Positions 1 through 14,029 of a stretch of 64,000 nucleotides of DNA are shown here, in pieces. Made by a program: the position numbers and the translations under genes. This stretch comes from Eledone cirrhosa. Lineage: Eukaryota. Within the stretch, counting starts at the first letter, position 1, and each line of letters starts with the position of its first letter. The stretch is taken from positions 27,404,001 through 27,468,000 of the forward strand of contig OZ024755.1 of assembly GCA_964016885.1 (NCBI GenBank), in the 5' to 3' direction. The notes under the pieces are model-generated. The model saw only the letters and a list, made by a program, of their open reading frames with translations, searched no databases and was not told the origin of the DNA.

Positions 1-58
1 TTCCCTTCTCCCCAAAATTGCTGGCCTTGTGCCTATATAAGAAACCATTATCTCCCCG

Positions 59-247
59 GGCGGTGGATTGGCAGTATCGGTAGAGGGTCGGACGCCTTGC
101 TTTCCAGCATAGTTACGTCCCTTTACGATCTGAGTTCAAATCCCGCCGAGGTTGACTTTGCCTTTCATCCTTACGGGGTCGATAAAATAAAGTACCAGTA
201 ATGCACTGGGTAATTGCTAGCCTTGTGCCTAAAGTAGAAACAATTAT
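59..247 (+). mobile_element. tRNA-derived SINE with Nin/Deu-like core (dominant family of window)
   Basis: A-box-like TGGCAGTATCGGTAG, B-box GAGTTCAAATCC, core GCCTTTCATCCTTACGGGGTCGATAAAATAAAGTACCAG, tail AGTAGAAACAATTAT; more than 15 near-identical copies in the window. Confidence 0.85.
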
Positions 248-696
248 GTCCAATCTCCCCATTTTGTCTCATTTCTTCCCGTTTTGGAGGCACTTTTTCA
301 TGGTACTCTCCGTTTGGGTTTTTAGAGGTTGGCAGGTCTGCAAACACCTAATGTATGGAAACATAATAGTAAAGTAGGCGCTAGTAGTGTTGCTGTTGTA
401 AGCCAAGAAATTTAAATAAACTGAAATTACAACCGCAGTGAGGAATGCAATCAGTATTTAAATTATTAATCCGGTTTAAAATAAACAAGGAAGACGTTAT
501 TGGTTTTTGGGGTGGGTGGGTTTCTAGCTATCCCTCCTTTTTGCCTTCAGTTTTCTCCAACAATTATTATTTTAACATCTTACCATTTGTTGTTCTGCTT
601 GCTGTTTTACATTTATATTACATTTTGTCTCATGCTTTCTTTACTGTGATATCTTATTTTGATATTTTACCCCAAAATTGATTATCTTTCTGTTAA

Positions 697-763
<67 letters not shown>

Positions 764-888
764 ATCTACCCTCTCACACACACTCTTTCCCTTTCACACT
801 GTCTCTCTCTCGCGCTCTCTTTCTCTCTCTCTCTTTCTTTGATATTTTCTTATATTCTCATCACACAAATTGTATATCTTTCTGTTAA

Positions 889-940
<52 letters not shown>

Positions 941-1403
941 ATTTTTCTTTATTTCGTCTCTCTTTTCTTTTCTTCTTTCTTTTATTCATTCATTTGTTTT
1001 TTCTTTCTTTCATCCTTCTTTTTTTCCCATTCTTTTTTCCTTATCTATTTATTTCTTCAACTTTTCCTTCCCTCCCTCCCTCCTTCCTTCCTTCCTTCCT
1101 TTACCTTTCATTTCTTTCTTACGCTTTTGTAGATTTGAAAAAAAAAAAAAAATCTATTTCTTTTCCAATACCTGGTACAAGTGCTGAATCTAGTAAGTTA
1201 ATTACTTCCAATTGTCCAGTAACCAATCGATTATCTCCTCACCCCACCCTCAGACTAACTTCTTACCCTCCATCTTCCTAAATCTTTGCTGAAGTTTTTT
1301 TAGGTGGGGGGAAGGGGTCTATTTTTTTTCTTTTTTTTTTTTTTATCTTAAGTTGAAAGTGATTTCGAAATTTTTGCCAAAATTGTCTTTGGAATATTTA
1401 TAT

Positions 1404-1693
1404 CAGTCATGGGCAACCTGCGGCCCGCGAACTTTTTTTAATGGCTCACCAGAGTCACCTAAATAAAATCTTTCTGATGGTTTAAACCCCAACTTTTCAG
1501 CCGTAATTTATCTTTCCATCATTTTCACGATCGAGGAAAACAACGTGTACGCATTCTGAAGAAACAAACAAAAAAAACCTGAGTTACTGCACTTTTTTTT
1601 TGTGGACATGAATGTAAATTAGCGCTTGCGGCCCACCTGATGATGAGTCATATCTCATGCGGCCCGCTTCTCGAAAAAGGTTGCCCATGCCTG
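1404..1693. mobile_element. non-autonomous hAT MITE
   Basis: TIR CAGTCATGGGCAACCT / AGGTTGCCCATGCCTG, subterminal GCGGCCC motifs, near 8-bp TSD ATTTATAT/ATTTATTA. Confidence 0.8.
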
Positions 1694-1730
1694 ATTTATT
1701 AGTTACATACATTGTAGTTTCTAGAGTTAA

Positions 1731-2121
1731 CCCTTTAGCATTCACATTACTCTATATCTTGGCAGTATCGGTAGAGGGTCGGACGCCATGCTTTCCAGCA
1801 TAGTTACGTCCCTTTACGATTTGAGTTCAAATCCCGCCGAGGTTGACTTTGCCTTTCATCCTTACGGGGTCGATAAAATAAAGTACCAGTAATGCACTGG
1901 GTAATTGCTGGCCTTGTGCCTGAAGTAGAAACAATTATATTTTCATGGTAAAGGCTTTACCTCGCATAATATCTCACATAATATCGAATCTATGAGATTT
2001 TGAAAGTATTTATTTTGAGAACAATACCTTAACATCAGTATGAGTGGCCAGTTACAGCCAGTTTCAACAGAAAGAGGTGAGAGAATTCTGGCCGGTTTTG
2101 GCCGGTTTGAACATTAAAGGG
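1731..2121. mobile_element. piggyBac-type MITE with nested SINE (about 1759-1937)
   Basis: TTAA-CCCTTTAG...TAAAGGG-TTAA ends; homologous copies at 12194, 23240, 39071. Confidence 0.8.
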
Positions 2122-2143
2122 TTAACGGAGAAAAAACGGGGAT

Positions 2144-2440
2144 GGTGGAAGTTGGTGTAATTGGCTAGCATACTTATCGTGAAAATAAAAGATACGGGTT
2201 CGAATCCCACGCACATACAATACATAGAAAATGATAGAATGGCCTGCCTTTATTAGACCACGTGACACCGTGTTACTATTGGATTATTTCAGTAGCAATT
2301 GGTTTTGTTATTGTGTATTTTCACTCAATTTTATTGTAAGCCCCCCCCCCCCCACACACACACACACACTGTCCTTGTCTTTGTATTGTCCCCTATATAT
2401 CGGCCCTTGTGGCCAATAATAAAGAAATCATTATTATCAT
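2144..2440 (+). mobile_element. second tRNA-derived SINE family (tRNA-like head)
   Basis: A-box TGGTGTAATTGGCTAGCA and B-box GGTTCGAATCCC without a pairable cloverleaf; 3' part (GGCCCTTGTGGCCAATAA) repeated at about 2885-2940. Confidence 0.55.
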
Positions 2441-2449
2441 TATTAAAAG

Positions 2450-3145
2450 GGCGGTAGATTGGCAGTATCGGTAGAGTATAGGATACCATGCTTTGCAGCA
2501 TAGAGTTACGCCCCTTTATGATCTGAGTTCAAATCCCGCCGAGGTTAACTTTGCCTTTCATCCTTATGGGGTCGATAAAATAAAGTACCAGTCACGCACT
2601 GGGGTCGATTTAATCGACTTTCCCCTCCCCCCAAGTTACTGGCCTTGTGCCTATATAAGAAACCATTGTGGATTGGCAGTATCTGTAGAGGGTCGGACGC
2701 CATGCTTTCTAGCATAGTTACGTCCCTTTACGATCTGAGTTCAAATCCCGCCGAGGTTGACTTTGCCTTTCATCCTTACGGGGTCGATAAAAAATAAAGT
2801 ACCAGTAATGCACTGGGTAATTGCTGGCCTTGTGCCTAAAGTAGAAACAATTATTATTATATGTAAACTCTTACTGTCCCCGTCTATTGTATTGTCCCCT
2901 ATATGTCGGCCCTTGTGGCCAATAAATGAAACCATTTTTATTACTATTAAAGGCGGTGGTTTGGCAGTATCAGTAGAGAGTCAGACACCATGCTTTGCAG
3001 TATTGAGTTACGGCCCTTTATGGTCTGAGTTCAAATCCCGCCGAGGTTAACTTTGCCTTTCATCCTTACAGGGTCGATAAAATAAAGTACCAGTAATACA
3101 CTGGGATAATTGCTGGTCTTGTGCCAAAAGTAGAAACAATTATTA
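2450..3145 (+). mobile_element. tandem cluster of three Nin/Deu-core SINE copies
   Basis: SINE heads at about 2450, 2668 and 2951, each with the conserved core. Confidence 0.85.
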
Positions 3146-3146
3146 T

Positions 3147-3192
<46 letters not shown>

Positions 3193-3367
3193 CGCGTGAC
3201 CGAATCAGAGATTGGGTCCTTGGAATTCATTTGAGGCTATTGGTTCCATTGATAGGCGTAACGATTGGCAATTGTTCACCAGTCAGCCTGATAAGAAGAT
3301 ATCAAAGGGATTATGACAAAATGTCTATATGAAAGGAAGATCATAGTTATAGCGAGTGTGTGATAAT

Positions 3368-3471
<104 letters not shown>

Positions 3472-3583
3472 AAACGTAAATAAATTCCAATAAATATGGA
3501 ATAAATAAATAAAGATATCTATCTAATAAAGAAAGATATATGAGAGGGAGATCAGAGTTATAACCAACGTGTGATAATTTTAT

Positions 3584-3619
<36 letters not shown>

Positions 3620-3697
3620 TTGCGAGATTTTTTATATGAAATCGTGTGTCGAAACAAAGATGGCGTAGACATACAATACAACAGGAGAAAACATAAT

Positions 3698-3744
3698 AGC
3701 ACCACTGACGATGTTGCAGATGTGCAACGAAAGAACTTTGTGTT
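3698..3744 (+). ncRNA. type I hammerhead ribozyme motif (family F)
   Basis: CTGACGA-t-GTTGCA gatg TGCAAC-GAAA-gaac-TT; bulged stem I; same architecture as 63585. Confidence 0.75.
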
Positions 3745-3911
3745 TGTGTCTATATTATATCTGTATTTTTGACCGTTGGTCAGTCAATGGTAACAGTGAG
3801 GACCGAATAAATTAAATTAACTGATATAAAAGATACAGAAGCGAAAACCAACCAAACAGTGATTGTGTTCTGTTATTAATTCTGGCAATATTATTACACA
3901 AATATGACCGT

Positions 3912-3945
<34 letters not shown>

Positions 3946-3948
<3 letters not shown>

Positions 3949-4122
3949 AACCAGTAAGACCCCGACGGCTGAGCTCAAGCCGTTTCAGTCCAGAATTAGC
4001 CGTCGAAACGGCTTGAGCTCAGCCGTCGGGGTCTTACTGGTTCCTATTACCCACTCTACTACCCCAAGTATTGAGTACTTTGGTGCGTTATGGTCCACCT
4101 GGTTCCTGACCACATTTCCTTC

Positions 4123-4128
<6 letters not shown>
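3946..4128 (+). mobile_element. Penelope-like/retrozyme cassette family D, head-to-head foldback in (TA)n
   Basis: about 42-bp perfect inverted arm; contains hammerhead 3' half GAAA-CGGC..GCCG-TC; flanked by TA tracts. Confidence 0.7.
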
Positions 4129-4209
<81 letters not shown>

Positions 4210-4230
4210 GTGAAAGAATATATATATATA

Positions 4231-4312
4231 TTGGATCGTCAAGTATGAAATTTGTAGAAATTTGTTGTTTTTTTTCTACAAAATTCTACACGTTTCATAC
4301 TTTATGACCCAA
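4231..4312. mobile_element. tiny Tc1/mariner-type MITE
   Basis: imperfect TIR TTGGATCGTCAAGTATGAAA / TTTCATACTTTATGACCCAA flanked by TA. Confidence 0.6.
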
Positions 4313-4421
4313 TATATATATACTGTATGTGTATTTAAAGGGTAAACAGAAATAACAACACAATCGGTACAGTATATGGAAGGAATATATTAGGTTAACG
4401 CTTGAAATAGCAGGAAGGGGG

Positions 4422-4457
4422 TCTTAACGTTTCGGACGCTAGTCCTTCATCAGAAGA
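4422..4457 (-). ncRNA. minimal hammerhead ribozyme (family A)
   Basis: minus strand TCTT-CTGATGA-a-GGAC tagc GTCC-GAAA-CG-TT-AAGA; palindromic stem III. Confidence 0.85.
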
Positions 4458-4763
4458 AATAATTAGGAATAAGAGAGATTCAAGGGACGGGTGGGGTGGA
4501 ATTGGAAAAAATAACCGGAGAAAAGATTTGAAGGTACTAGGGTGGGAGTGAAAAATAGACGGGTGAGAAGAAGAAGGTGGTGTAAGAAGATTATAGTAGA
4601 GTAAAAGTGATAGAGAGTCGTGGTATATTTAAATGCAAGTAGCAAAGAAAAATTTCAGTTATACGAAAAAATTTCCTGGTTCAAATTCAGGTAAACTCCG
4701 GATTTATATCCAGTTTTAGAGTGAAAATCCAATTTGAAAATACAACGAATTTGAGAGGTCCAC

Positions 4764-4824
<61 letters not shown>

Positions 4825-4859
4825 TAGAGAGAGAGAGAGAGAGAGAGGGTGTATGATAA

Positions 4860-5121
4860 ACAAATGACGTTCCTTTTCTCTCTCTATCTATGTACATCTC
4901 TTTCGCTTGGCGCTCTCCCTCCATCACCCCCCTCTCTCTCTATATATAGATGAGGGTGGCGTCGTAACTTTCTGTCTATCTACTTCTTTCTGTCACCTCG
5001 AAAACACACAATGTTCCCTTTTCTCTCTCTATCTATGTACATAGCTTTCGCTTGGCGGTCTCCCTCTCTATATAAAAAGAACGTGACGGACGGATATACA
5101 GTGCTCTTATTATAATATAGA
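4860..5121 (-). mobile_element. possible Helitron 5' end
   Basis: minus strand A|TCTATATTATAATAAGAG followed by TCCG repeats, typical of non-autonomous Helitron starts; no 3' end found. Confidence 0.4.
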
Positions 5122-5435
5122 TTATCAAAGATAAATGTGGATAGGTACAATTTCCATATTCTAATAACAATCTTGACAGAAAATATTTATTCTACGTTTC
5201 ACGCCAAACATCAAACAATCATCCACGTCATAACTTCGCACATAATAATTCCATATAAAATGATTCTGTATCTATTAATTTTTAATTATTAGTTTTCCCC
5301 AGAAAGAAAATTGCAAAAATGAAAATTCTTTTGAAACGACAATTTCTAATAGTTTTTAGAATGTAATCATATACACAACATCTCTACTTTGGAACAGAAA
5401 AGTGGTACTTCGAAATAGACACATTTGTTTGGGTG

Positions 5436-5479
<44 letters not shown>

Positions 5480-5485
<6 letters not shown>

Positions 5486-5612
5486 TCCAGGACCCGGACG
5501 GCTGAGCTCCATCCGTTTCGACAGCTAGCCAGAGCTCAGCCGTCGGGGGTCCTGAATTTTTTCATATTACCCACTCTACTACCCCAAGTATCGAGTACTC
5601 TGGTGGGTAATG
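5480..5612 (+). mobile_element. family D cassette, foldback
   Basis: inverted CAGGACCCGGACGGCTGAGCTC / GAGCTCAGCCGTCGGGGGTCCTG; homologous to 3946-4128. Confidence 0.65.
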
Positions 5613-6097
5613 GTCTAGCTGCTTTTTACTACCTCCAATCTGATACATATATATATATATATATATATATGTCTGCTGGACGCTCGAGCAGAAGGACGTG
5701 TGCTTTTTCCTGCCGGCAGCATATCACAAAATCGAATATCATCTGAGGATACCATTCTCATAACAACAACAAATGCATGAATTACATCTTGATTACAACC
5801 GGGGTCTTCTGAAACTAACAAAGTCAATCTGTAAACGCAGAAGTGAATATTTCAAAAAACGTTGCAACCGGAGGAAGACAGGAAGACGATAGTTTGGTTC
5901 GTGGAAACGTTCCCTGACAAAGAACGGGAAAAAACGAATATAATACGTCATTATTTGAACCACCTAATAGAATATTAGTCTACGACTTCTTTTATACCAT
6001 AAACGTGGTTTTGTCTTTGCGTGTAATTGTTTTTCACCGCTCCAAATAATGACGTATTAATAAATGGAAACTATATTTATAAAACCATAATTATTTT

Positions 6098-6155
6098 ATT
6101 ATATATATTTCAAGGGCAACCAAGGCAAATTTTGGTGCGCTTTCATCAGATAAAA
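6098..6155 (-). ncRNA. hammerhead ribozyme motif (family C)
   Basis: minus CTGATGA-aagcgcACCAA aatttgcc TTGGTtgccctt-GAAA-TATA-TA. Confidence 0.6.
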
Positions 6156-6227
6156 TACAAAATTTGTTTTATAAATGTTGACATACCCGCAGAAAAACAA
6201 CCTTGACGGTTGGAGGTTCGCTGGATA

Positions 6228-6267
<40 letters not shown>

Positions 6268-6433
6268 TTTTTTAATTATATTTTTAATTATTTTTATTAT
6301 ATTTTTATTTTTATTTTTATTTATTATATTTTTTGTCTTTATTTGTTAATTTTTCATTCGCACCGTTTCCTTTCGCTATATGTCTCTCCACCACTCCCCT
6401 ACACACCTTTTGAACTCTGTTCCCACACACTTC

Positions 6434-6470
6434 TCACCTGAAGAAGAGCTTATGCCCGAAACGTCGTCCC
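6434..6470 (+). ncRNA. minimal hammerhead motif (family A-like)
   Basis: CTGAAGA-a-GAGC ttat GCCC-GAAA-CG-TC; one stem II mismatch. Confidence 0.65.
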
Positions 6471-6555
6471 CCACCTACCCCCCACTCTCCTGAGCGTGAA
6501 TTTAATAAACATTTATTGTACTGCCTCTCTGTTCTGTCCCTGTTCAATTTTTCAT

Positions 6556-6586
<31 letters not shown>

Positions 6587-7024
6587 TTATATACATATAT
6601 ATGTGTGTGTGTGTATATGTGTGTATGTATATATATTAGGAATTTATATCCACAACTAGGTCCTTAAAAATTATCGAGTGCAAACGGTACGCTCGCATCC
6701 AAGCATGTGTATATGTAGATGTATGTGTGTAAATGTATATGTTTATGTACGTGTGTATGTGTGTAAGTGTGTGTCTGAGCATACTTATGATTATCACGTT
6801 GGCTAAGTTTGTGAGTTTAAAAACGAAGTTGCTATATAAAGATCAATAAGTGAAATTGATAAAAAAAAATAGACATATTTGACTTGCTTCTAATTAATAC
6901 GTGCAAGAGGGATTACTGAGTTCGTACGTATATACACACAGGCAGGCATATATATATATATGTCCGTGTGTGTGTGTATGTGTGTGTAGATATAGATATG
7001 TATATATATATATGTATATATATA

Positions 7025-7077
<53 letters not shown>

Positions 7078-7291
7078 GTGTATGTATACATATATATATA
7101 TGTATGTGTATATACATATATATATATATATATGTGTGTCTATATATATATATATATATTTATTAAAATAACAGATTAGCCCTCTTTGGATTTTAGTCTT
7201 CAAATTTATTATTATTACTATATATATATATATATATACATACATATATATATACGTATGTGTATGTGTATATCCGTGTATATATGTATGT

Positions 7292-7358
<67 letters not shown>

Positions 7359-7684
7359 TATCTTGTTATACTTGGGGAGGGTCATATTTGTGTAATATTG
7401 CCAGAATTAATAACAGAACACACTCACTGTTTGGTTGGTTTTCGCTTTTCGCTTCTGTGTCTTTTATATCGGTAATCTAATTTATTCGGTCCTCAATGTT
7501 GCCATTGACTGACCAACGGTCAAAAATAATTGTTTCTACTTTTGGCACAAGGCCAGCAATTACCCAATGCATTACTGGTACTTTATTCTATCGACCCCGG
7601 AAGAATGAAAGGCAAAGTTAACCAACGGTCAAAAATAATACAGATACAATATAGACACAAACACATATATATAGTTTACATATA

Positions 7685-8300
7685 TATGTGTTTGTGTCAT
7701 ATATGTTTACATATATATGTTTACATATATATGTTTACATATATATGTTTACATATATATGTGTTTGTGTCATATATATGTTTACATATATATGTTTACA
7801 TATATATGTAAACATATATATGTTTACATATATATGTGTTTGTGTCATATATATGTTTACATATATATGTTTACATATATATGTAAACATATATATGTTT
7901 ACATATATATGTGTTTGTGTCATATATATGTTTACATATATATGTTTACACATATATGTAAACATATATATGTTTACATATATATGTTTACATATGTATG
8001 TGTTTGTGTCATATATATGTTTACATATATATGTTTACACATATATGTAAACATATATATGTTTACATATATATGTTTACATATGTATGTGTTTGTGTCA
8101 TATATATGTTTACATATATATATGTTTACACATATATGTAAACATATATATGTTTACATATATATGTTTACATATGTATGTGTTTGTGTCATATATATGT
8201 TTACATATATATGTTTACACATATATGTAAACATATATATGTTTACATATATATGTTTACATATGTATGTGTTTGTGTCATATATATGTTTACATATATA
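7685..8300. repeat. minisatellite built on GTTTACATATATAT with internal palindromes
   Basis: repeated GTTTACATATATAT, GTAAACATATATAT and GTGTTTGTGTCATAT units. Confidence 0.9.
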
Positions 8301-9147
8301 TGGGTTGTGTCAAAACAATGATCAGGTAAGAAAAATGGTCGCACATGCAATAGGGGCCAGCATCAAAACCACCCCCAAAGGGCCACATATTCAAGTTCAA
8401 CAAGAAGATCCACACCCAAAATGAGGGAGCAGCCATTGGCGTCAGCATAGCTGGTGGATACATATATATCTATATGCACATATACATATATACATACACA
8501 CACACACACATACATACATACATACATACATACATACATACATACATACATACATACATACACACATATGATTAAAAAGCAGCTATTGGTGTTGATATTG
8601 TTACTTTTAATTAAGATGATGAAAAGGAATGATAGGAGACATGAAGGGGAAGTTAAGCTGAGAAGGAAGAGCTGGAGGTGTGGGTGGAGCAGTGTAGACT
8701 ATATAGAGGGGGGTAGATAAGGAGATAAAGTACAAAAAGAAAGTTGGAGAGAGAGAGGGGGGGGAGAGGTTGGAGAAGATGGAGAGAGAGAGAGGGGTTG
8801 GAGAAGATGGAGAGAGAGAGAGAGAGGGAGAGAGAGAGAGACGTGGAAGAAGATGGAGAGAGAGAGAGATTAAGAGAGAGGTGGGAGAAGATGGAGAGAG
8901 AGAGAGAGAGATTAAGAGAGAGGTGGGAGAAGATGGAGAGAGAGAGAGAGATTAAGAGAGAGAGAGAGAGATTAAGAGAGAGAGAGAGAGAGAGAGAGAT
9001 TAAGAGAGAGGTGGGAGAAGATGGAGAGAGAGAAAGATTAAGAGAGACGTGGAAGAAAATGGAGAGAGAGAGAGATTAAGAGAGACGTGGGAGAGGATGG
9101 AGAGAGGGAGAGAGAGAGAGAGAGAGATTAAGAGAGACGTGGGAGAA

Positions 9148-9217
<70 letters not shown>

Positions 9218-9432
9218 GATAGAGAGAGAGAGAGAGGTGGAAGTAATGTATAAGAAGTTGATAGAAATAGAGAGAAGAAAGGAGAGAGTGTTGGATAGAT
9301 TGGTTTGTTGGAGAGTAATGGGAGATTGTGGTATAGGAATATGGATAGATGTGATATCAAGTATGGGTGTAGGAGAGGATACATACATACATATACACAC
9401 ATACACACATATACATACATACACACACACAA

Positions 9433-9499
<67 letters not shown>

Positions 9500-9869
9500 T
9501 TCATACATAAACACACACATACACACATACACATAAACACACACATACATACATACACACATACACACACACATACACAAATATACACATACACATAAAT
9601 ACACACACTTGCGCACACAAATACACACACATGCGCGCACACATACATACACACAAATGCACACATATGCACACACACACACACACACACACAAATGCAC
9701 ACATATGCACACACACACACACATATATATACACACAAATATACACATAGATCCACATACATACACACATACACGTTATATATCATTAATAGTGTTTGCT
9801 ATATATATCTATGTGTGTGTGTGTGTCTGTGTGTCTGTGTGTGTGTGTGGGTGTATGTATTTATATGTA

Positions 9870-9915
<46 letters not shown>

Positions 9916-9948
9916 TACACGTTATATATCATTAATAGTGAGTGTTTG

Positions 9949-10032
<84 letters not shown>

Positions 10033-10035
<3 letters not shown>

Positions 10036-10196
10036 TACGTTATTCCGGGTTGAATCGGAGGTAACCACAGTAAGTAAGGTATTCAATACATTGCAGAGTA
10101 TAAAAGTTTTAATATAGATGAGATTCTACAGGACTAGAACTGTTTCATTCTTAGAAATCAACAGTTCTAGTCCTGTAGAATCTCATCTATATTAAA

Positions 10197-10200
<4 letters not shown>
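10033..10200 (-). mobile_element. family B cassette, foldback in (TA)n
   Basis: GATTCTACAGGACTAGAACTGTT ... AACAGTTCTAGTCCTGTAGAATC inverted; homologous to 29328-29462. Confidence 0.7.
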
Positions 10201-10266
<66 letters not shown>

Positions 10267-10576
10267 AGATAAATCTACCAAAATGTACGGTAGTGTCCAA
10301 TCCGTATGAAGAACTCAATGTAATCTAAATATCATGAAAAGAGAAAATGCATTCAAAAATTTTCGATAAAAATCGTAGGAAAACAGAGTCGAGATAAATT
10401 AATAAAAACAATGAAATAAAAACAAAGAATAGGTTCCTTATATTAAAAAAATCCAGCATTTTACGATCGTTTCTGGGATGTATATGTGTGTTGGTATGGA
10501 TATCATATAGATCTATGTAAAAATATTACAAATTATCAGAGGAAATATACATACCTTCACATATACACATCGTCCT

Positions 10577-10625
<49 letters not shown>

Positions 10626-10704
10626 ACATATACATATGCATGTGTGTGTGTATATGTGTATGTGTGCATGTGTGTGCACCTGTGTGTATATGTATATATA
10701 TGTG

Positions 10705-10743
<39 letters not shown>

Positions 10744-10872
10744 GTGTGTGTGTGTGTGAACTTCGCCCCATAAAATGACGTCAGAATACATGAAATCACA
10801 TGAAAATAAGAACAAACAAGAAAATATATATATATATGGATATGTATGTGTACGTGTATGCGTATGTGTATT

Positions 10873-10922
<50 letters not shown>

Positions 10923-11018
10923 TATTACATTATATTATTTTTGTTTATACACGAGACAGAAACGCTAATTAAGGTTTCTAGGAATAATATTGAAAATATC
11001 ACACACACACTCTCTCTC

Positions 11019-11061
<43 letters not shown>

Positions 11062-11112
11062 ATAATAATAAATTTGAAGACTAAAATCCAAAGATTTACA
11101 GATGACTTTGTT

Positions 11113-11163
11113 AGTTTCAGAAGATCCCGTTAAGGGTGAAAGCAGCGATTCTTTGCTTAAACT
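11113..11163 (+). ncRNA. variant hammerhead motif, CAGAAGA core (family G)
   Basis: AGTTT-CAGAAGA-t-CCC gttaa GGG-t-GAAA-GCA..TGC-TT-AAACT. Confidence 0.55.
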
Positions 11164-11179
11164 TTAATCTGTTATTTTA

Positions 11180-11219
<40 letters not shown>

Positions 11220-11270
11220 CCCATGTATAACACAGATTTCAAATGAAGTTATCTCACCCTCTCTCTTTCT

Positions 11271-11331
<61 letters not shown>

Positions 11332-11332
<1 letters not shown>

Positions 11333-11408
11333 GGTGAAATTCCGTTATAACGATTCGTTATACTGAAAAATTCGTTATAATAGTATTCGTTATAACGGAA
11401 TTTTACCT
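11332..11408. mobile_element. pogo/Tigger-type mini MITE
   Basis: inverted ends GGTGAAATTCCGTTATAACGA / TCGTTATAACGGAATTTTACC, internal CGTTATA repeats, TA flank. Confidence 0.6.
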
Positions 11409-11447
11409 CTTTATAACCCATGTACAACACATATGTGTGTGTGTAAG

Positions 11448-11636
<189 letters not shown>

Positions 11637-12193
11637 AGACTCATTATTCAGCCTTAATAAAACGAATATTAAAACTTTACTTTGGTACTGAGTAATCCTT
11701 TCTCTCAACCGTCAAAAGCAGATAGGGATATATATATATAGAGAGAGAGAGAGAGGGGGGGAGAAAGAGGGAGAGAGGGGAGAAGTGTGCACATCGTTGT
11801 TTATCAGAAGAAAGGTGAGAAAGGACACCACAAACTGGTAAACATGTGAAAGCTGGAATCCAGAGTTCTGTCAGGTAGTTACAGATGAACTTGATGAAAG
11901 CGTTTGGATACCTAAACTATGTTTCTATAACGATGCAATGTCCTGATCTGATGGGATAGTCTAACTTCACTCTCCAAAATTCCCAAATTCTTAGCTAATA
12001 TTGCCAATATGGAGGTGACGAATGGAAGAAAGATCCTAAAAATGTGTGCTAGTTGGGTAAAAACACATTCCTTGATAACAGATATTCCTTGATAGTTCCT
12101 TGGCACAGCTAAATCTTTTAATAATCATTTTCCTTTGAACCACTCTCTTCTGATACCGGAGTTTCTCGCTGACAGCTCTCAATTCTCCTTTAA

Positions 12194-12368
12194 CCCTTTA
12201 GCATCTAAATTGGCCGTATCCGTTCAGAATTCTCTCACTCCTTTCTGTTCAAACTGGCTGTAACCGGCCGCTCATACTGATGTTAAGGTATTGTTATCAA
12301 AATAGATAACAAAATCTGATAGATTCGATATTATGTGAGATAAAGTCTTTACCATGAAAATATAATAG
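12194..12368. mobile_element. piggyBac MITE, partial (reverse orientation to 1731)
   Basis: TTAA-CCCTTTAGCAT start; homologous to 1938-2121. Confidence 0.7.
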
Positions 12369-12547
12369 TACGAGGGCAATCCCAAAAGTAAGGTCTCCTT
12401 CCGATATTGCAAGTTTTCCGTTAAAATCCTGTGGATGGTACTTCGGGAAACCTCAGGAACCAAAATGTAGAGAGCATTCAGAGTGATCCGCCGATCTTTA
12501 CGCATGTTTTCCTCGTAAGGAGACCTTACTTTTGGGATTGCCCTCTA
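12369..12547 (-). mobile_element. mariner internal-deletion derivative
   Basis: about 28-bp TIR GAGGGCAATCCCAAAAGTAAGGTCTCCT at both ends; internal frame RKDRRIT...VSRSTIHRILTENLQYRK is the mariner transposase HTH region. Confidence 0.85.
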
Positions 12548-13351
12548 TATAATAACTGCGCGAAATTCGCACTTGGCGGTAGCGTTCAACGGGAGCTCCA
12601 TTCTCAACGGCTGCCAAGCCAAGATCGAGCATCCCAGCGAAGTCTAGGGGTCCTTCACTCCCAGTGGTTTACACATTTTTTAGTTGGCCGTTGCATCTAA
12701 TGAGTTCTTCCGCTCTTTGTCAGGTTTTGTTTTTTGTCCTGCAGGGTGTTCAAAATCACCCTTCTCACCAAGTGAACTTGGTGGGGTCACCGGTTAAGTT
12801 GCCGACGACCCGACCATGCGATAGGTTGTACTGGGTTACATGTTACCAGTAACATTCAAGAGTGACCCAACATACATACATACACACACACACACTCACA
12901 TATACATACCTACCTACCTATCTACATATATATACATACATACACATACACACATCAACATTCATATATACTTACATACATACATTCATATATACACACA
13001 CGCACACATACATAGTTTCCTTCCTACCTATCTATCTACATATATACAAACATCCTTCAAACCTTTGCATAAGCAAACGAACAAACCTACACACGCACAC
13101 AAATGCACATACACACACATAATACTTGCACACACATGTCCACTCAAAATATACAATGATTACCTCCCTTTCTAAACCTCTTTAATACCTAAGGAACCCA
13201 CTGACCAGCATTTCTCCAAAATGGCTGACTGAAGACACACGTGTCTTTTCTCAACAAATGTTTATTCCTCTCCTTCCTCTTCTCTTCTCTCTCTCTATTT
13301 CATATTTTGATCAGGTATTTGTTTGTATGTATGTACGTATACACACACACA

Positions 13352-13444
<93 letters not shown>

Positions 13445-13447
<3 letters not shown>

Positions 13448-13817
13448 TGTATAGTATATTTGGCAATATACCGTATGTTTAATTAAAAACATTTAGAAGA
13501 CCATATGCTATCAGTTTTAAAGTAGTGTCTATGTCACTTACTTCTTTTCGGCGAAAGAAGGGAGAGAGGCTGACAGTCTGTTTCATGCTGGTTGGCGTTC
13601 ATCAGAGCCACGCACTCCTTGAACGCCAACCAGCGTGAAACAGACTGTCAGCCTCTCTCCCTTCTTTCGCCGAAAAGAAGTAAGTGACATAGACACTACT
13701 TTAAAACTGATAGCGTATGGTCTTCTAAATGTTTTTAATTAAACATACGGTATATTGCCAAATATACCATACATAGATTCATGTATACATCGCTATTTCA
13801 GAGCACCAATCCTAATG

Positions 13818-13820
<3 letters not shown>
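13445..13820. mobile_element. family E cassette, about 150-bp head-to-head inverted arms
   Basis: 13455-13601 is the reverse complement of 13620-13766; second locus at 22210-22500. Confidence 0.8.
13568..13609 (-). ncRNA. hammerhead ribozyme (family E)
   Basis: GGCT-CTGATGA-ACGC caacca GC(G/A)T-GAAA-CAG a CTG-TC-AGCC; GUC site. Confidence 0.88.
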
Positions 13821-13859
<39 letters not shown>

Positions 13860-14029
13860 CTTATATACATTTTTTCTTCTAACTTTGATTTTATACCTAA
13901 TTGTGTATGGTTGACGATATATTTAATCGATTTCCACGTGCTATTAGAAATGCTTCGTAAATATTCTATAGCTGTTGATCGCGGATAGATAGCTGTCGTT
14001 TATTTATCTATTATTTTTTTATAGGTGCC

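Noticed and set aside
1636-1680. CTGATGA as a hammerhead core (likewise near 13229, 23068, 29678, 46678, 49052, 56672)
   Set aside because: No properly placed stem II-GAAA-UH-stem I; chance heptamers
2144-2215. Functional tRNA gene
   Set aside because: A and B boxes are present but acceptor and anticodon stems do not pair; treated as a SINE head
5744-5830. Plus-strand CTGAGGA...GAAACT..AGTC hammerhead
   Set aside because: Stems I and II do not close; the GAAA part is the antisense of a family G copy
6890-10117. Numerous [16 protein letters not shown] ORFs here and throughout the window
   Set aside because: Translations of dinucleotide microsatellites
11790-12110. Possible LINE RT fragment (PRNYQGISV)
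   Set aside because: Only one short motif resembling NYRGISL; insufficient support
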